From IMG/VR virus record IMGVR_UViG_3300002835_000006: a stretch of DNA of 64,000 bases. One strand, written 5' to 3'. Shown in pieces: positions 10,044 through 18,995 of this stretch; the first letter of the stretch is position 1; each line of letters begins with the position of its first letter. Position numbers and translations under genes: made by a program. The notes under the pieces were generated by a model. It searched no databases. It was not told the origin of the DNA and worked only from the letters and a program-made list of their open reading frames with translations. Source of the DNA: a virus. Taxonomy: Duplodnaviria; Caudoviricetes.

Positions 10044-10367
10044 TTACCATTTTGGTTCCTCTTGGAAAGGTTTTGGTTTAGGAGCTGGTTCAGCAGGTTT
10101 TGCTGCAGGTTTTTCCACAACACGCTCGATAACTTTAGTAGTTCCACCCGCAGGTGTTGCTTGTTGTTGAGAGTTGTTGATTACGATTGTTGGTTGTGCT
10201 TGGACGGGTGCATCAGGTTGTTTTTCCTCATGATTTCCACCATAAAGTAATGTTCCTAACCATACACCTCCACCTGTTACAACAGTTCCGAGGGTACCTA
10301 CGATTGTTTTTTTAAGACCCGACCATGTTCCGTCGTTTTGGTCTTGTACTTGTGTTTCTTCTGACAT
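10044..10367 (-). CDS. Small membrane-anchored protein
   Basis: One TM segment and a Pro/Gln-rich tail. Confidence 0.7.
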   Translation of the reverse strand: MSEETQVQDQNDGTWSGLKKTIVGTLGTVVTGGGVWLGTLLYGGNHEEKQPDAPVQAQPTIVINNSQQQATPAGGTTKVIERVVEKPAAKPAEPAPKPKPFQEEPKW

Positions 10368-10372
10368 TTTTT

Positions 10373-12274
10373 TTAAATTTTTACAAATGGTTTAGTTATT
10401 CTTTGTTCATTATTAGCCATAACTAGCAAATATTTTCCTTGAGCTAGATTTTTGGCGTTAATGGCTCTTGTGATTACGTTTGTAAAATCATCTGTTTTGA
10501 AATCTCCTAAGTCCATAACTTTTCTTCCTTGATAATCATAAACGTAACCCTTCATCCAATAATTATTCGGAAATGTTACAGTCAACTCAAATTGTCCTGT
10601 GTTCGGATTGGGTCTAATTTCTGCAATCGGTTTTGAAAATGTAGGTATTGGTCCTGCGGCTCTATAAGTCAAAACTATTCTTTCAGATGCTAATTCAATA
10701 TTGAAGTGCTCTCCTTCAGAGTTAGAAGCATCCATTAGTTGTCTAACAAAAACAAACGATGAGATATCTTCGCTTGGGTCTATTGGCGTAAATTTTAAAT
10801 TAAAGGGGGTGGATAAACCACTTATCCCCCCCTTTTTTTGATTATTCATTCCCCCGAATCTTATTATTCCAGTACGTTCATCATGTGTTACATATTGTAA
10901 CCATTCGTTTGGAACTTTCGAGATAATTTCTGAAAATTTGACTTTGGTTGGTTCGTATTTCATTTCAAATTGTAATCCATAATTTACTAAACCATTTGTT
11001 GAAACGTTGAAGGGTACAAACATCGGTTGACCCACAGAGTAAGAATTTGGAATTTCAACAGTAAATCTTCCGGTGTAAATTGCTGCTCTTACGAGGTTAC
11101 CGTTCGCATCGTAAACAGGAGAAGAGTGACTTCTATCCACATCACCTTGGATATAATACTTTAAATCAACAGTAATGTTTGAAGTTATTACAGTATCAAG
11201 AACAAAATTTAATCTTGAAGAGTAAGTAGTCCAATTTGTCCATTGATTTGCACCCAAAGCCAAACTATCAAATTCGTTTTTTGTAAAAACTTTAATTAAA
11301 CTATTTGTTGCTATTGGTCTTAGTCCTGAAACTGAAGCGTAAATACCATATGGGTCACCACCATCAAATTTTTGATTCCAATTTATATCTCCAATCAAAT
11401 AAGCTAAACCGTTTTGTAAATGTGTCCTCGGATAAGTTTGATTTAAATCAGCGTTTATAAATTCGTTAAAAGATTTTACCGCATCGGTAATTGTGACTGA
11501 GTTATCTCTTATTGAAACCAAACTATCAGGATTGAATCTCAATTCAATTTTATATCTTGTATATTCGTCGATATTATCAAGAGTATATAGACCTGTGTTT
11601 ATGTTCGGTATTGTGGTTGAAACCAAGTTTCCTGTTGCGTTCTCATAACAATAAAGAGTTGGGACCCATCCTCTTGATACTGCCGATGGAGGTAACCAAA
11701 CTTTTCCAGAAATTGTTAGATTTCCGAGAAGTTTCACTCTCATAGTTCTGTTATTCAAAACAGCCACGTTGTCTCCGATTGTTATGCCATTTACATCAAA
11801 CATTCTAGCCCAGTTAACATAAACTGAATCAGATTCGAAATTTGGTATGACTGCGTTTATTTTGTATTTGTTATGTATGATATAACCGTTTGATAAAGCT
11901 GAAGCACCTGCGGGAACCACCAAGTAATTTCTTCCAACAGTCCAATTGGTGTCGGAAATATAGGTATAGTTCCCATTTGCGTAAGAGCTATATTTTTGAT
12001 TTTCCCATGACCTATAGGAAATTTCTGCAGACCTACCATTCAGAGAAGCATCCACCGTTGTTTCAATATGAGTAAACAACCTTTTTTTATATTGCCAATC
12101 CACTTGGAAACTTCTTATATTATTTCCCGATGGTCTGAAATACCAAGCCACATCTAAAGTGTCTCCACGTCTCACAGTAGATAGTTGTTGGAAATGACCA
12201 ATTTCGGGAGATTGTGCAAGTCCCAAAAACGGAATCGACAATAATGAAATAATTGATAAAATTTTTTTCATCAT
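10373..12274 (-). CDS. T9SS cargo protein (type A CTD) with dockerin-like and cohesin-like modules
   Basis: Signal peptide; C-terminal IRPNPNTG...VYDYQGRKV...LAQGKYLLV...ITKPFVKI; GDINWNQKFDGGD; VPFNV...GLQFEMKYEP.KVKF. Confidence 0.8.
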   Translation of the reverse strand: MMKKILSIISLLSIPFLGLAQSPEIGHFQQLSTVRRGDTLDVAWYFRPSGNNIRSFQVDWQYKKRLFTHIETTVDASLNGRSAEISYRSWENQKYSSYANGNYTYISDTNWTVGRNYLVVPAGASALSNGYIIHNKYKINAVIPNFESDSVYVNWARMFDVNGITIGDNVAVLNNRTMRVKLLGNLTISGKVWLPPSAVSRGWVPTLYCYENATGNLVSTTIPNINTGLYTLDNIDEYTRYKIELRFNPDSLVSIRDNSVTITDAVKSFNEFINADLNQTYPRTHLQNGLAYLIGDINWNQKFDGGDPYGIYASVSGLRPIATNSLIKVFTKNEFDSLALGANQWTNWTTYSSRLNFVLDTVITSNITVDLKYYIQGDVDRSHSSPVYDANGNLVRAAIYTGRFTVEIPNSYSVGQPMFVPFNVSTNGLVNYGLQFEMKYEPTKVKFSEIISKVPNEWLQYVTHDERTGIIRFGGMNNQKKGGISGLSTPFNLKFTPIDPSEDISSFVFVRQLMDASNSEGEHFNIELASERIVLTYRAAGPIPTFSKPIAEIRPNPNTGQFELTVTFPNNYWMKGYVYDYQGRKVMDLGDFKTDDFTNVITRAINAKNLAQGKYLLVMANNEQRITKPFVKI

Positions 12275-12762
12275 TCGAATAAATTTTTGATTAATGTCTC
12301 GCAGGATTTTTTAATCACATTTGAGACGGATTGTTGATTTATTTTACCTCCTTCTGAAATTATCAACGTTGACATTGAAATTTCAGAAGATTTTTCAGTT
12401 ACGACAGTTTCTTTAATTTTCTTTCCTGATTCATTTAATAATTTAGCTCTCACTCTCAATACTGTTTCATCATTTTCCTTGTGAATTACAGAGAAGCCCG
12501 TTTTGGTGTTCAAGACATCAAAAAAAATAAGTTCAATTTGTAATCTGTTATTAGCAAGATTACAACTATCAACCAATTCAAAATCTTTATCCTGAAGATA
12601 TTCCAATAAAACATTTTTGAAGCCAAATGTTAGATTTCGATTACCCAACATTTGTCCAATTTGTATTTTATTTTCTATGGAAGAAAGACATACTTTTCTA
12701 TCTTGTGTAAAAGAAAAAATGGGTAATGAAAGCAATACAAATGCAATAAGAAACTTTTTCAT
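12271..12762 (-). CDS. Secreted hypothetical protein (first gene of the surface operon)
   Basis: Signal peptide; coupled to 10373..12274. Confidence 0.7.
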   Translation of the reverse strand: MKKFLIAFVLLSLPIFSFTQDRKVCLSSIENKIQIGQMLGNRNLTFGFKNVLLEYLQDKDFELVDSCNLANNRLQIELIFFDVLNTKTGFSVIHKENDETVLRVRAKLLNESGKKIKETVVTEKSSEISMSTLIISEGGKINQQSVSNVIKKSCETLIKNLFE

Positions 12763-12813
12763 TTTCTGTCAATAACTTGGTAATCATAAATATTCCATAT
12801 CTAACTTATGGGA

Positions 12814-12821
12814 TATTTATA
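12814..12821 (+). promoter_or_regulatory. Recurrent TATTTAT(A) upstream motif, putative phage promoter
   Basis: Also at 20616, 38906, 41907, 45187, 63757 (+) and upstream of many minus-strand starts (1730, 5865, 12762, 26188, 49016, 53282, 54101, 55261, 58292). Confidence 0.6.
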
Positions 12822-12832
12822 AAGAAAATTTT

Positions 12833-13936
12833 GTGCTAATTCACGAGGAAATTGAAAAAATAAAAATTGTAATGGGGATTTCTGAAGCAAAAAAAACTTC
12901 AAACGATGCCCCTTTTATGAACGTCAATCTAAGAAAAGTTGTTGATACTCTAACCTTTCTGAAACTCTACAACAAAAAAATAGAAAATTTACTTTGGAAA
13001 ATATCTAAATTGTCGGAGGACCGAATTATCGATTTTGAGATGGTGGATAGAGGTTTAAGAAAAATTCTTCTCAAAAAAGGGGATAAAAAAAAGAATATTG
13101 AAGAATATTTCAGAAACATCCTTATCTCTTTGAAATTCAGAGAAAGAGGTGGTTATGGGGTCGAACCTGAAAGTGAAGATTATGAATTTGAACCCGAGGA
13201 ACCGTCAATTTTACCTAAAAAGGTTTATAAGAAGGAATTATATTTTCTACAAATTGAACTAGTGAAGATGCAGGAATGGTTGAGAAAAACGGGAAAAACT
13301 GTGATTATAGTTTTCGAGGGTAGAGATTCTGCGGGTAAGGGTTCCACAATCAAAAAATTTACAGAAAATTTAAATCCAAGATACTATAATGTAATTGCTT
13401 TAGGTATACCCAACCCCGAAGAAAGGAAAAATTGGTGGAATAGATACCGAGACAAAATCAAACCAGGAATGATAAATTTCCTCGACAGAAGTTGGTATAA
13501 TAGAGGTTTAGTCGAGCCTGTTATGGGATATGGTACCCCTGAAGAATATGAAGATTTCATGGAGAACGTTGAGGATTTCGAGAACGATTTGGTAAAAGAA
13601 GGAGATTATCTCTTTAAACTATGGTTTTCAATTGATAAAGAAACTCAAAAAAGAAGATTTCAGATGAGACAACAGTCTCCATTAAAATATTGGAAGTATT
13701 CCCCTAATGACGCTCAAATGCAAGATTTATGGGACAGATTCACAGAATTCAAAGAAAAATTGTTTGATAAAACTTCAACAGTAAATCACCCGTGGGTAAT
13801 TATTGATTCACAAGATAAAAGAATCTCAGGGTTGAATTCAATAAGATATGTTTTACAGAACATACCATATGAAGGTAAAAACGAAAAAGTTTTAGAGGGA
13901 GTTTATCCTGAAGTTTTAGCCGTTTTGAGGCCTTAA
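12833..13936 (+). CDS. ppk2: Polyphosphate kinase 2 with N-terminal extension
   Basis: VFEGRDSAGKGSTIK (Walker A), LDRSWYNRGLVEPVMG, KLWFSIDKETQKRRF, WKYSPND. Confidence 0.92.
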   Translation: MLIHEEIEKIKIVMGISEAKKTSNDAPFMNVNLRKVVDTLTFLKLYNKKIENLLWKISKLSEDRIIDFEMVDRGLRKILLKKGDKKKNIEEYFRNILISLKFRERGGYGVEPESEDYEFEPEEPSILPKKVYKKELYFLQIELVKMQEWLRKTGKTVIIVFEGRDSAGKGSTIKKFTENLNPRYYNVIALGIPNPEERKNWWNRYRDKIKPGMINFLDRSWYNRGLVEPVMGYGTPEEYEDFMENVEDFENDLVKEGDYLFKLWFSIDKETQKRRFQMRQQSPLKYWKYSPNDAQMQDLWDRFTEFKEKLFDKTSTVNHPWVIIDSQDKRISGLNSIRYVLQNIPYEGKNEKVLEGVYPEVLAVLRP

Positions 13937-14124
13937 AAATCTTTGTTTATATCTCGTATGGACATCATCATCCATATGTCAAAAATTATGAACACTAATA
14001 TGTGTTCAATTTCTGATATGGGTAAACTATTCTTATAATAACTCCGTTGGAATAACCACATGAATATTTTGTAACCACAATAAATTCTACAGAAAAGGAA
14101 TAAAAATCCCACTAAATTTTTCAT
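13933..14124 (-). CDS. Small membrane protein
   Basis: 63 aa, two hydrophobic segments. Confidence 0.55.
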   Translation of the reverse strand: MKNLVGFLFLFCRIYCGYKIFMWLFQRSYYKNSLPISEIEHILVFIIFDIWMMMSIRDINKDF

Positions 14125-14164
14125 AACTAAAAATAAAACTATTTATATAAAAAAACAATTTTTT

Positions 14165-14791
14165 ATGGATAAACTGAAAACCCTAATAAAAGAGAGTTTA
14201 GAAGAATACTTGGACAGGTCTTTAGTGATGAAAGAAAATGTTGAAATTTCTGATTCATTAAAATATCACATTGAAAACGGATTATCACTTACAAATAACA
14301 TTTTTAGAGTTTATTCAGAGGGATATTTTAAATTGGTAAATGAGGTGAGAACTCTTTGGGAAAACGGTTCTATTGAATTAAATGAAGAAGATACATTGAT
14401 GGTTGAATCAGACTTAGGAAAGAAGGTAAAAATAGACGGAGAGATAGTTTATTTGGATGCACCCTATATTTTAGAGGAATGGACAGAGGAAGAAATCATC
14501 GAAGAAGCCAAACACAGAGGTAAAAATGTAAAATTAAATAAACCTTTCAGAACACCGGGTGGTCCTAAGAAATTTGCGGTTTATGTTAAATCAAAAGGGG
14601 GTGGTGTTAAAAAAGTAACCTTTGGTGACCCTAAATTGAAAGTTAGGAATAGAAATAAAGGTGCTGCCAAATCTTTCAGAGCACGACATAGATGTGACCA
14701 AAAAAAGGATAGAACTACCGCTGGTTATTGGTCATGTAATGTTGGAAGATATGCAAAACAATTAGGTTTGGCTTCTAAAAATGCTTGGTGA
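14165..14791 (+). CDS. Phage protein with a basic C-terminal domain
   Basis: KKFAVYV...KVTFGD...SFRARHRC...AGYWSC; TATTTATA upstream. Confidence 0.75.
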   Translation: MDKLKTLIKESLEEYLDRSLVMKENVEISDSLKYHIENGLSLTNNIFRVYSEGYFKLVNEVRTLWENGSIELNEEDTLMVESDLGKKVKIDGEIVYLDAPYILEEWTEEEIIEEAKHRGKNVKLNKPFRTPGGPKKFAVYVKSKGGGVKKVTFGDPKLKVRNRNKGAAKSFRARHRCDQKKDRTTAGYWSCNVGRYAKQLGLASKNAW

Positions 14792-15132
14792 TGGATGTCG
14801 AAAGAATAAAAAAATATTTACAAAATTATTTGGATTCAGTTGTAACCTCTAGAATCAAACAAGATTTACCAGAAGGTGAAGATGTCAAGTTTATTGTTCA
14901 CGATATCCTAAAGGGAAGTTATAATCCTCCAATAATTCATGTTTTTATTGATACTGAGCCTGAGTCTTTTGTGTCTAAAGGTTGGGATGTCCCACATAGA
15001 AAACATAAATCTGTAGAAAAAGATGTAGAAGATTTTTTCAAACTATTATCTTTAGATAATAAGATAAAGGTACATTGGAACAAAAGACCCTTTTTCAGAA
15101 AAGGAAAACAGAGAAATGACTTTTCCATTTGA
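14791..15132 (+). CDS. Hypothetical protein
   Basis: ATG overlaps the upstream TGA. Confidence 0.65.
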   Translation: MDVERIKKYLQNYLDSVVTSRIKQDLPEGEDVKFIVHDILKGSYNPPIIHVFIDTEPESFVSKGWDVPHRKHKSVEKDVEDFFKLLSLDNKIKVHWNKRPFFRKGKQRNDFSI

Positions 15133-15382
15133 ACAAAATAAAACGGAATCTGGGAAAATTATTAGAACTTTCTATCCTGATGTTGATACAGAGGAGTTGA
15201 AATGGCATCAAGATTTGAAAGACCGAAAAGTCACAATTGTTGAAGACGGAGGGTGGTCTTTTCAAATTGATGATGGATTGCCGAACAAATTGTCCGTTGC
15301 CGAGCAAATCTTTATCCCAAAACTTGTTTGGCATAGAGTTATCAAAGGTACAGGAAAACTTATAGTTGAAATTGAAGAATAA
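15116..15382 (+). CDS. Small cupin-like protein
   Basis: WHQD.KDR.V...IFIPKLVWHRVIKG (cupin His motifs). Confidence 0.65.
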   Translation: MTFPFEQNKTESGKIIRTFYPDVDTEELKWHQDLKDRKVTIVEDGGWSFQIDDGLPNKLSVAEQIFIPKLVWHRVIKGTGKLIVEIEE

Positions 15383-15409
15383 AACCCACCATCAGGTTGG
15401 TTTTATTTT
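15381..15409. terminator. Probable bidirectional terminator between convergent genes
   Basis: AAAACCCACC-ATCA-GGTTGGTTTT. Confidence 0.55.
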
Positions 15410-16382
15410 ACGCAATATCCGGTTGTTCGTAAATTGGAGGTGCAGTTTCAGTTACGAATAGATTTTGAATTTGGTTTTGATATGTCCTGTAATTTTGGGT
15501 TTCTTCGACAAATTCAATAGGAATGACTCTTGATTCAGTAGTCTCTTCAGTATAGTTTATACATTCTTGATGAACTTGTTCCTGTATTTCGGCGGAACAT
15601 AAATTTTTGTTAGTTTCTTTAGATGAGAAAATTTTTCTCACTGTGGAAAACAAATAATCATCTACATCTAATAAAAGATAATCAACCCTGCTATCTTCAG
15701 CATTCCAAAAACTAAGTTCTTTTTCTCCATCCAAAGATTTATATCCTGCGAATTTATAACCTGAAATTTTATTGATGAAATAAACCAAAATACCCCGCCT
15801 CCAATACTTCTCGAAATATTGTTTTTCTCTACTGTAAGTTGTACACCATCTTGTTGTTGCACCATATTTTGCGGAAGCGGCAAAGGTCAAAGGTCTGATA
15901 ATAACCCACTTGTCGTCCTCATATTCTTTTATAATTTCACCCTCTAAATCTTTAGTCCATTCTTTCATTGAAGCGAGTGCGATGGCTCCTCTGATTGAAT
16001 CTAAATCATCGTATTTTAGGACATCTTTGTTTTCAATCAAACCCCTTTCCATATATTCCATAAATTGAGTGATTGAGTTTAGGTTGTCGTTGGTAAAATA
16101 ATCAATCATATGGGTTATTACATAAATCTCGTTTGCATCTAAATCTTCCACGTCAAGTCCTGAAGAGGTCAATCTTGATTTGTATTCTTCGATTCGGGAT
16201 TTTACTTCATTTTCATATTGATGATTTACGTCAAATCTTTTTGAAAAAATCTTACAAATTAGAGGTAAATATTTGTTTGATTTTGAAATGTCCAACCTTG
16301 TCATAATATCAAAAAAAGACAAGTTTAGATGAGGATACTTTTCTTTGAGTTCTTTTATACGAGACATGATATTTTTTTTCAA
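15408..16382 (-). CDS. Protein with KYG.xT.WCTT motif (paralog of 47538..49016)
   Basis: YEDDKWVIIRPLTFAASAKYGATTRWCTT aligns with YEDDKFLVMKPKTHQASCKYGANTKWCTT. Confidence 0.7.
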   Translation of the reverse strand: MKKNIMSRIKELKEKYPHLNLSFFDIMTRLDISKSNKYLPLICKIFSKRFDVNHQYENEVKSRIEEYKSRLTSSGLDVEDLDANEIYVITHMIDYFTNDNLNSITQFMEYMERGLIENKDVLKYDDLDSIRGAIALASMKEWTKDLEGEIIKEYEDDKWVIIRPLTFAASAKYGATTRWCTTYSREKQYFEKYWRRGILVYFINKISGYKFAGYKSLDGEKELSFWNAEDSRVDYLLLDVDDYLFSTVRKIFSSKETNKNLCSAEIQEQVHQECINYTEETTESRVIPIEFVEETQNYRTYQNQIQNLFVTETAPPIYEQPDIA

Positions 16383-16415
16383 ATGATAATCGAAAATTGA
16401 ATTACAGTCAAAAAA

Positions 16416-16442
16416 AAAGAAGGTGAGTTATTCACCTTCTTT
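16416..16442 (-). terminator. Terminator after tRNA-Ser
   Basis: AAAGAAGGTGA-GTTAT-TCACCTTCTTT followed by a U-run on the minus strand. Confidence 0.75.
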
Positions 16443-16445
16443 TAG

Positions 16446-16532
16446 CGGAGGCTCAGGGATTCGAACCCCAGTTACCCTCACGAGTAATTCAGTTTTCAAG
16501 ACTGACGCATTCGACCGCTCTGCCAAACCTCC
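16446..16532 (-). tRNA. trnS: tRNA-Ser(UGA)
   Basis: GGAGGTTTGGCAGAGCGG...TCAGT-CTTGAAA-ACTGA, long variable arm, GGTTCGAATCC. Confidence 0.93.
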
Positions 16533-16568
16533 GTTGGTTTTACAAAACAATAATACTATATTTGTGAT

Positions 16569-16994
16569 ATGAAAACAATATTTTTTATAATTTTTATTCT
16601 AACATTTCAGATTTCTTATTCACAAACATCTGACCTTCTTTATGTACCTGAGGATAAATCTCTTATTGTTACCTACAACAATAATTCAGGAGTTGGTTTT
16701 TACGTAGGAGGTAGTTTTATCACATATTTTAGTCAACAGTTCGTCTATACAAGACCAGTTGCTATTATAAACAGACTAGGTTTAAATTTAACTTATAAAA
16801 ATAAAACCTCCGTTTTATTAGGAGCCTCGATAAATAAAAATTTTAATTTATTAGATTTACAACCCGAGATGTGGTTAAAAATAAATCCTCTAAGAATTAT
16901 TCTTAAAACACCTAAAGGGTTCGATTTATCGTTTGCTGTTGGATATTCACAGGACATCAAATATGGTCTCGGAATGTCAATAAACTATTGGTAA
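16569..16994 (+). CDS. Secreted/outer-membrane hypothetical protein
   Basis: Signal peptide, amphipathic strands, terminal aromatic residue. Confidence 0.65.
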   Translation: MKTIFFIIFILTFQISYSQTSDLLYVPEDKSLIVTYNNNSGVGFYVGGSFITYFSQQFVYTRPVAIINRLGLNLTYKNKTSVLLGASINKNFNLLDLQPEMWLKINPLRIILKTPKGFDLSFAVGYSQDIKYGLGMSINYW

Positions 16995-17005
16995 TATTTA
17001 TCAGT

Positions 17006-17749
17006 ATGTATGTAAATTTTTTTAAAAAGATAATTGTTGGAAAACCTATAATTGTTGGTACTTACCAATATAATTTTTTGGATGTAGTACCATATGAAGA
17101 AGGTCTTGAAGATACTCCTGCTTTTATTGTAAATGTTACAACAAAGAATCCATTTCAATCTTATTGTAAACAAAAAATGTTGGACGATATCCAACAAATA
17201 ATATACGATAAAATTAGATTGATTGGTTTAGATAATAAATTATCGTTTGGTTTGGATTTAGAATTTAACGGCATGGAGCCTTTGAGCGTTTTTGTAAGTC
17301 AGGAGGACAGAGAAAAACTCATTTTCCAATTAAACAAAAAACTAAAATTTTTCAAATATAAGAATCAAAAAAAACAAGAAGTTGTTTTTGAGGTTGAATT
17401 TTCAGCATCGGAAAACTTTGTAAACGTCGAACGGAGTGATGAAATATATTTCAGTTTCGATTTGAATCTTAGACGTTTTGAAGTTGATGGTCAACCAATT
17501 CCTGTAATACAAAAATATGGGAATAGATTTAATGATTTTGCAACGATGATTCAGCAAGAAATATGTTCAAATGATGATACATTTCGTGTTGAAATTGAAA
17601 ATATAATTTATGATGTGATAGAACCATCTATGCAATTGACCTCAACAGAAATGTACTATGTTGCTAATTTTTTTGTTAGAAAAATAAATGGTGTTGAAGT
17701 AGAACAAAAATTCGGTGTTGACCCGGCAGACTATCCAGAATTTATTTAG
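17006..17749 (+). CDS. Hypothetical protein
   Basis: ORF 16988..17749; ATG 17006 follows TATTTATC. Confidence 0.7.
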   Translation: MYVNFFKKIIVGKPIIVGTYQYNFLDVVPYEEGLEDTPAFIVNVTTKNPFQSYCKQKMLDDIQQIIYDKIRLIGLDNKLSFGLDLEFNGMEPLSVFVSQEDREKLIFQLNKKLKFFKYKNQKKQEVVFEVEFSASENFVNVERSDEIYFSFDLNLRRFEVDGQPIPVIQKYGNRFNDFATMIQQEICSNDDTFRVEIENIIYDVIEPSMQLTSTEMYYVANFFVRKINGVEVEQKFGVDPADYPEFI

Positions 17750-18362
17750 AAATTCTGTTTTTTATTTGTAATAATAATTCTCTCAAAATTTCGGAAACGG
17801 CGAGAACTAATCCTGAACCTATAATTCTTGAAACAATCAAATCCAAATTTTTTTCCAAATCTCCTGTTTTCAAAAAATCAACAATATCCATAACTATTGG
17901 GACTAGAAATCCGTAGGATACTATTTCTGAAATCGAACTCAAGCTGATTCTCAACGACTGAATAAAATTCATGAAAGATTTTTTTAACTGCAATCCTACT
18001 GATAGAACTTTCTCAAAAGGTTCTTCCAAATTTTGATTTTTGATTTCTTCATGAATTCTTTTGAAATACTTTTTGTTATCGTAGAAGATTGCCGCCGCAC
18101 AACCAATCAATATCAAAGCGGCTTGATTTTCATCTAATTGAAAATTTCCTGTTTTTATCAGTTGGTCCAATGGTAGGACCATTCCACCTAATGCCGCGCC
18201 CCATGTAAGTAATAATTTTGTGTTGATGGAATATTTTTTCTTTACACGGTGTACAATATTTTTTGCAAAGGAATACATTTCCTTCATGTATTCGGAAAAT
18301 TTCTCACTGTTGGTTTCCAACACTAATCTTCTAAATTGATTTTCAGTAATTACAAAATCCAT
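17742..18362 (-). CDS. Hypothetical protein with hydrophobic segments
   Basis: 206 aa; N-terminus MDFVITENQFRRLVLET. Confidence 0.7.
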   Translation of the reverse strand: MDFVITENQFRRLVLETNSEKFSEYMKEMYSFAKNIVHRVKKKYSINTKLLLTWGAALGGMVLPLDQLIKTGNFQLDENQAALILIGCAAAIFYDNKKYFKRIHEEIKNQNLEEPFEKVLSVGLQLKKSFMNFIQSLRISLSSISEIVSYGFLVPIVMDIVDFLKTGDLEKNLDLIVSRIIGSGLVLAVSEILRELLLQIKNRISK

Positions 18363-18395
18363 AACAATAAATATACTCGTAGTATTTATTATAGT

Positions 18396-18995
18396 ATGAA
18401 AAGTATAACAAATGCTCCTTTGTCTGTTGGAGATAGAATAATGTGTTTATACATGGAAGGTGAAACTTCTGTAACTCCTGGTACTTTGGGGAAAGTTACG
18501 GCAATAACAAAAGACCCTTTCGAAAAGGATTCGGAAATAATTTCAGTAAAATGGGATAATGGCTCTTCACTTTCCTTACTTACTGTCACCGACGCATGGA
18601 AAAAAATTGTAGACGACAAAATCAATGAGTCCAGGGATTCGGCTTTGGAGTCTTTTAAAAGAAATAAAGAAATTTTCAAACATTTTGATTGGAGATTTTT
18701 TAGAGATTTCCTATACAAGTTGAGGGACACAGGAATTGTAAATATGTTCGGTGCAGCACCTTTGATTTATGCAGGTAAGGACCATATTGACCGGTATTAC
18801 GGAGAAGGTAAAGAAGATGATGAGGATTTTCAAGAATTCTTGAACGATGCCGAAAAGGCTAGAAATCTTTTTATTTCAAACTTGATAGAATATATGGCGG
18901 CCAAAAATATGGATGTTGATAATATGGATTTGGTAAATTCAAAGGCCAGAGAAATCAGTAAGAAATTTTTAGATATATATATTTCCTTTAGTTAG
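18396..18995 (+). CDS. DUF4314-like + DUF5049-like protein
   Basis: GDRI...PGTLGKV...VKWDNGSSLSL...D; LRDTGIVNMF. Confidence 0.55.
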   Translation: MKSITNAPLSVGDRIMCLYMEGETSVTPGTLGKVTAITKDPFEKDSEIISVKWDNGSSLSLLTVTDAWKKIVDDKINESRDSALESFKRNKEIFKHFDWRFFRDFLYKLRDTGIVNMFGAAPLIYAGKDHIDRYYGEGKEDDEDFQEFLNDAEKARNLFISNLIEYMAAKNMDVDNMDLVNSKAREISKKFLDIYISFS

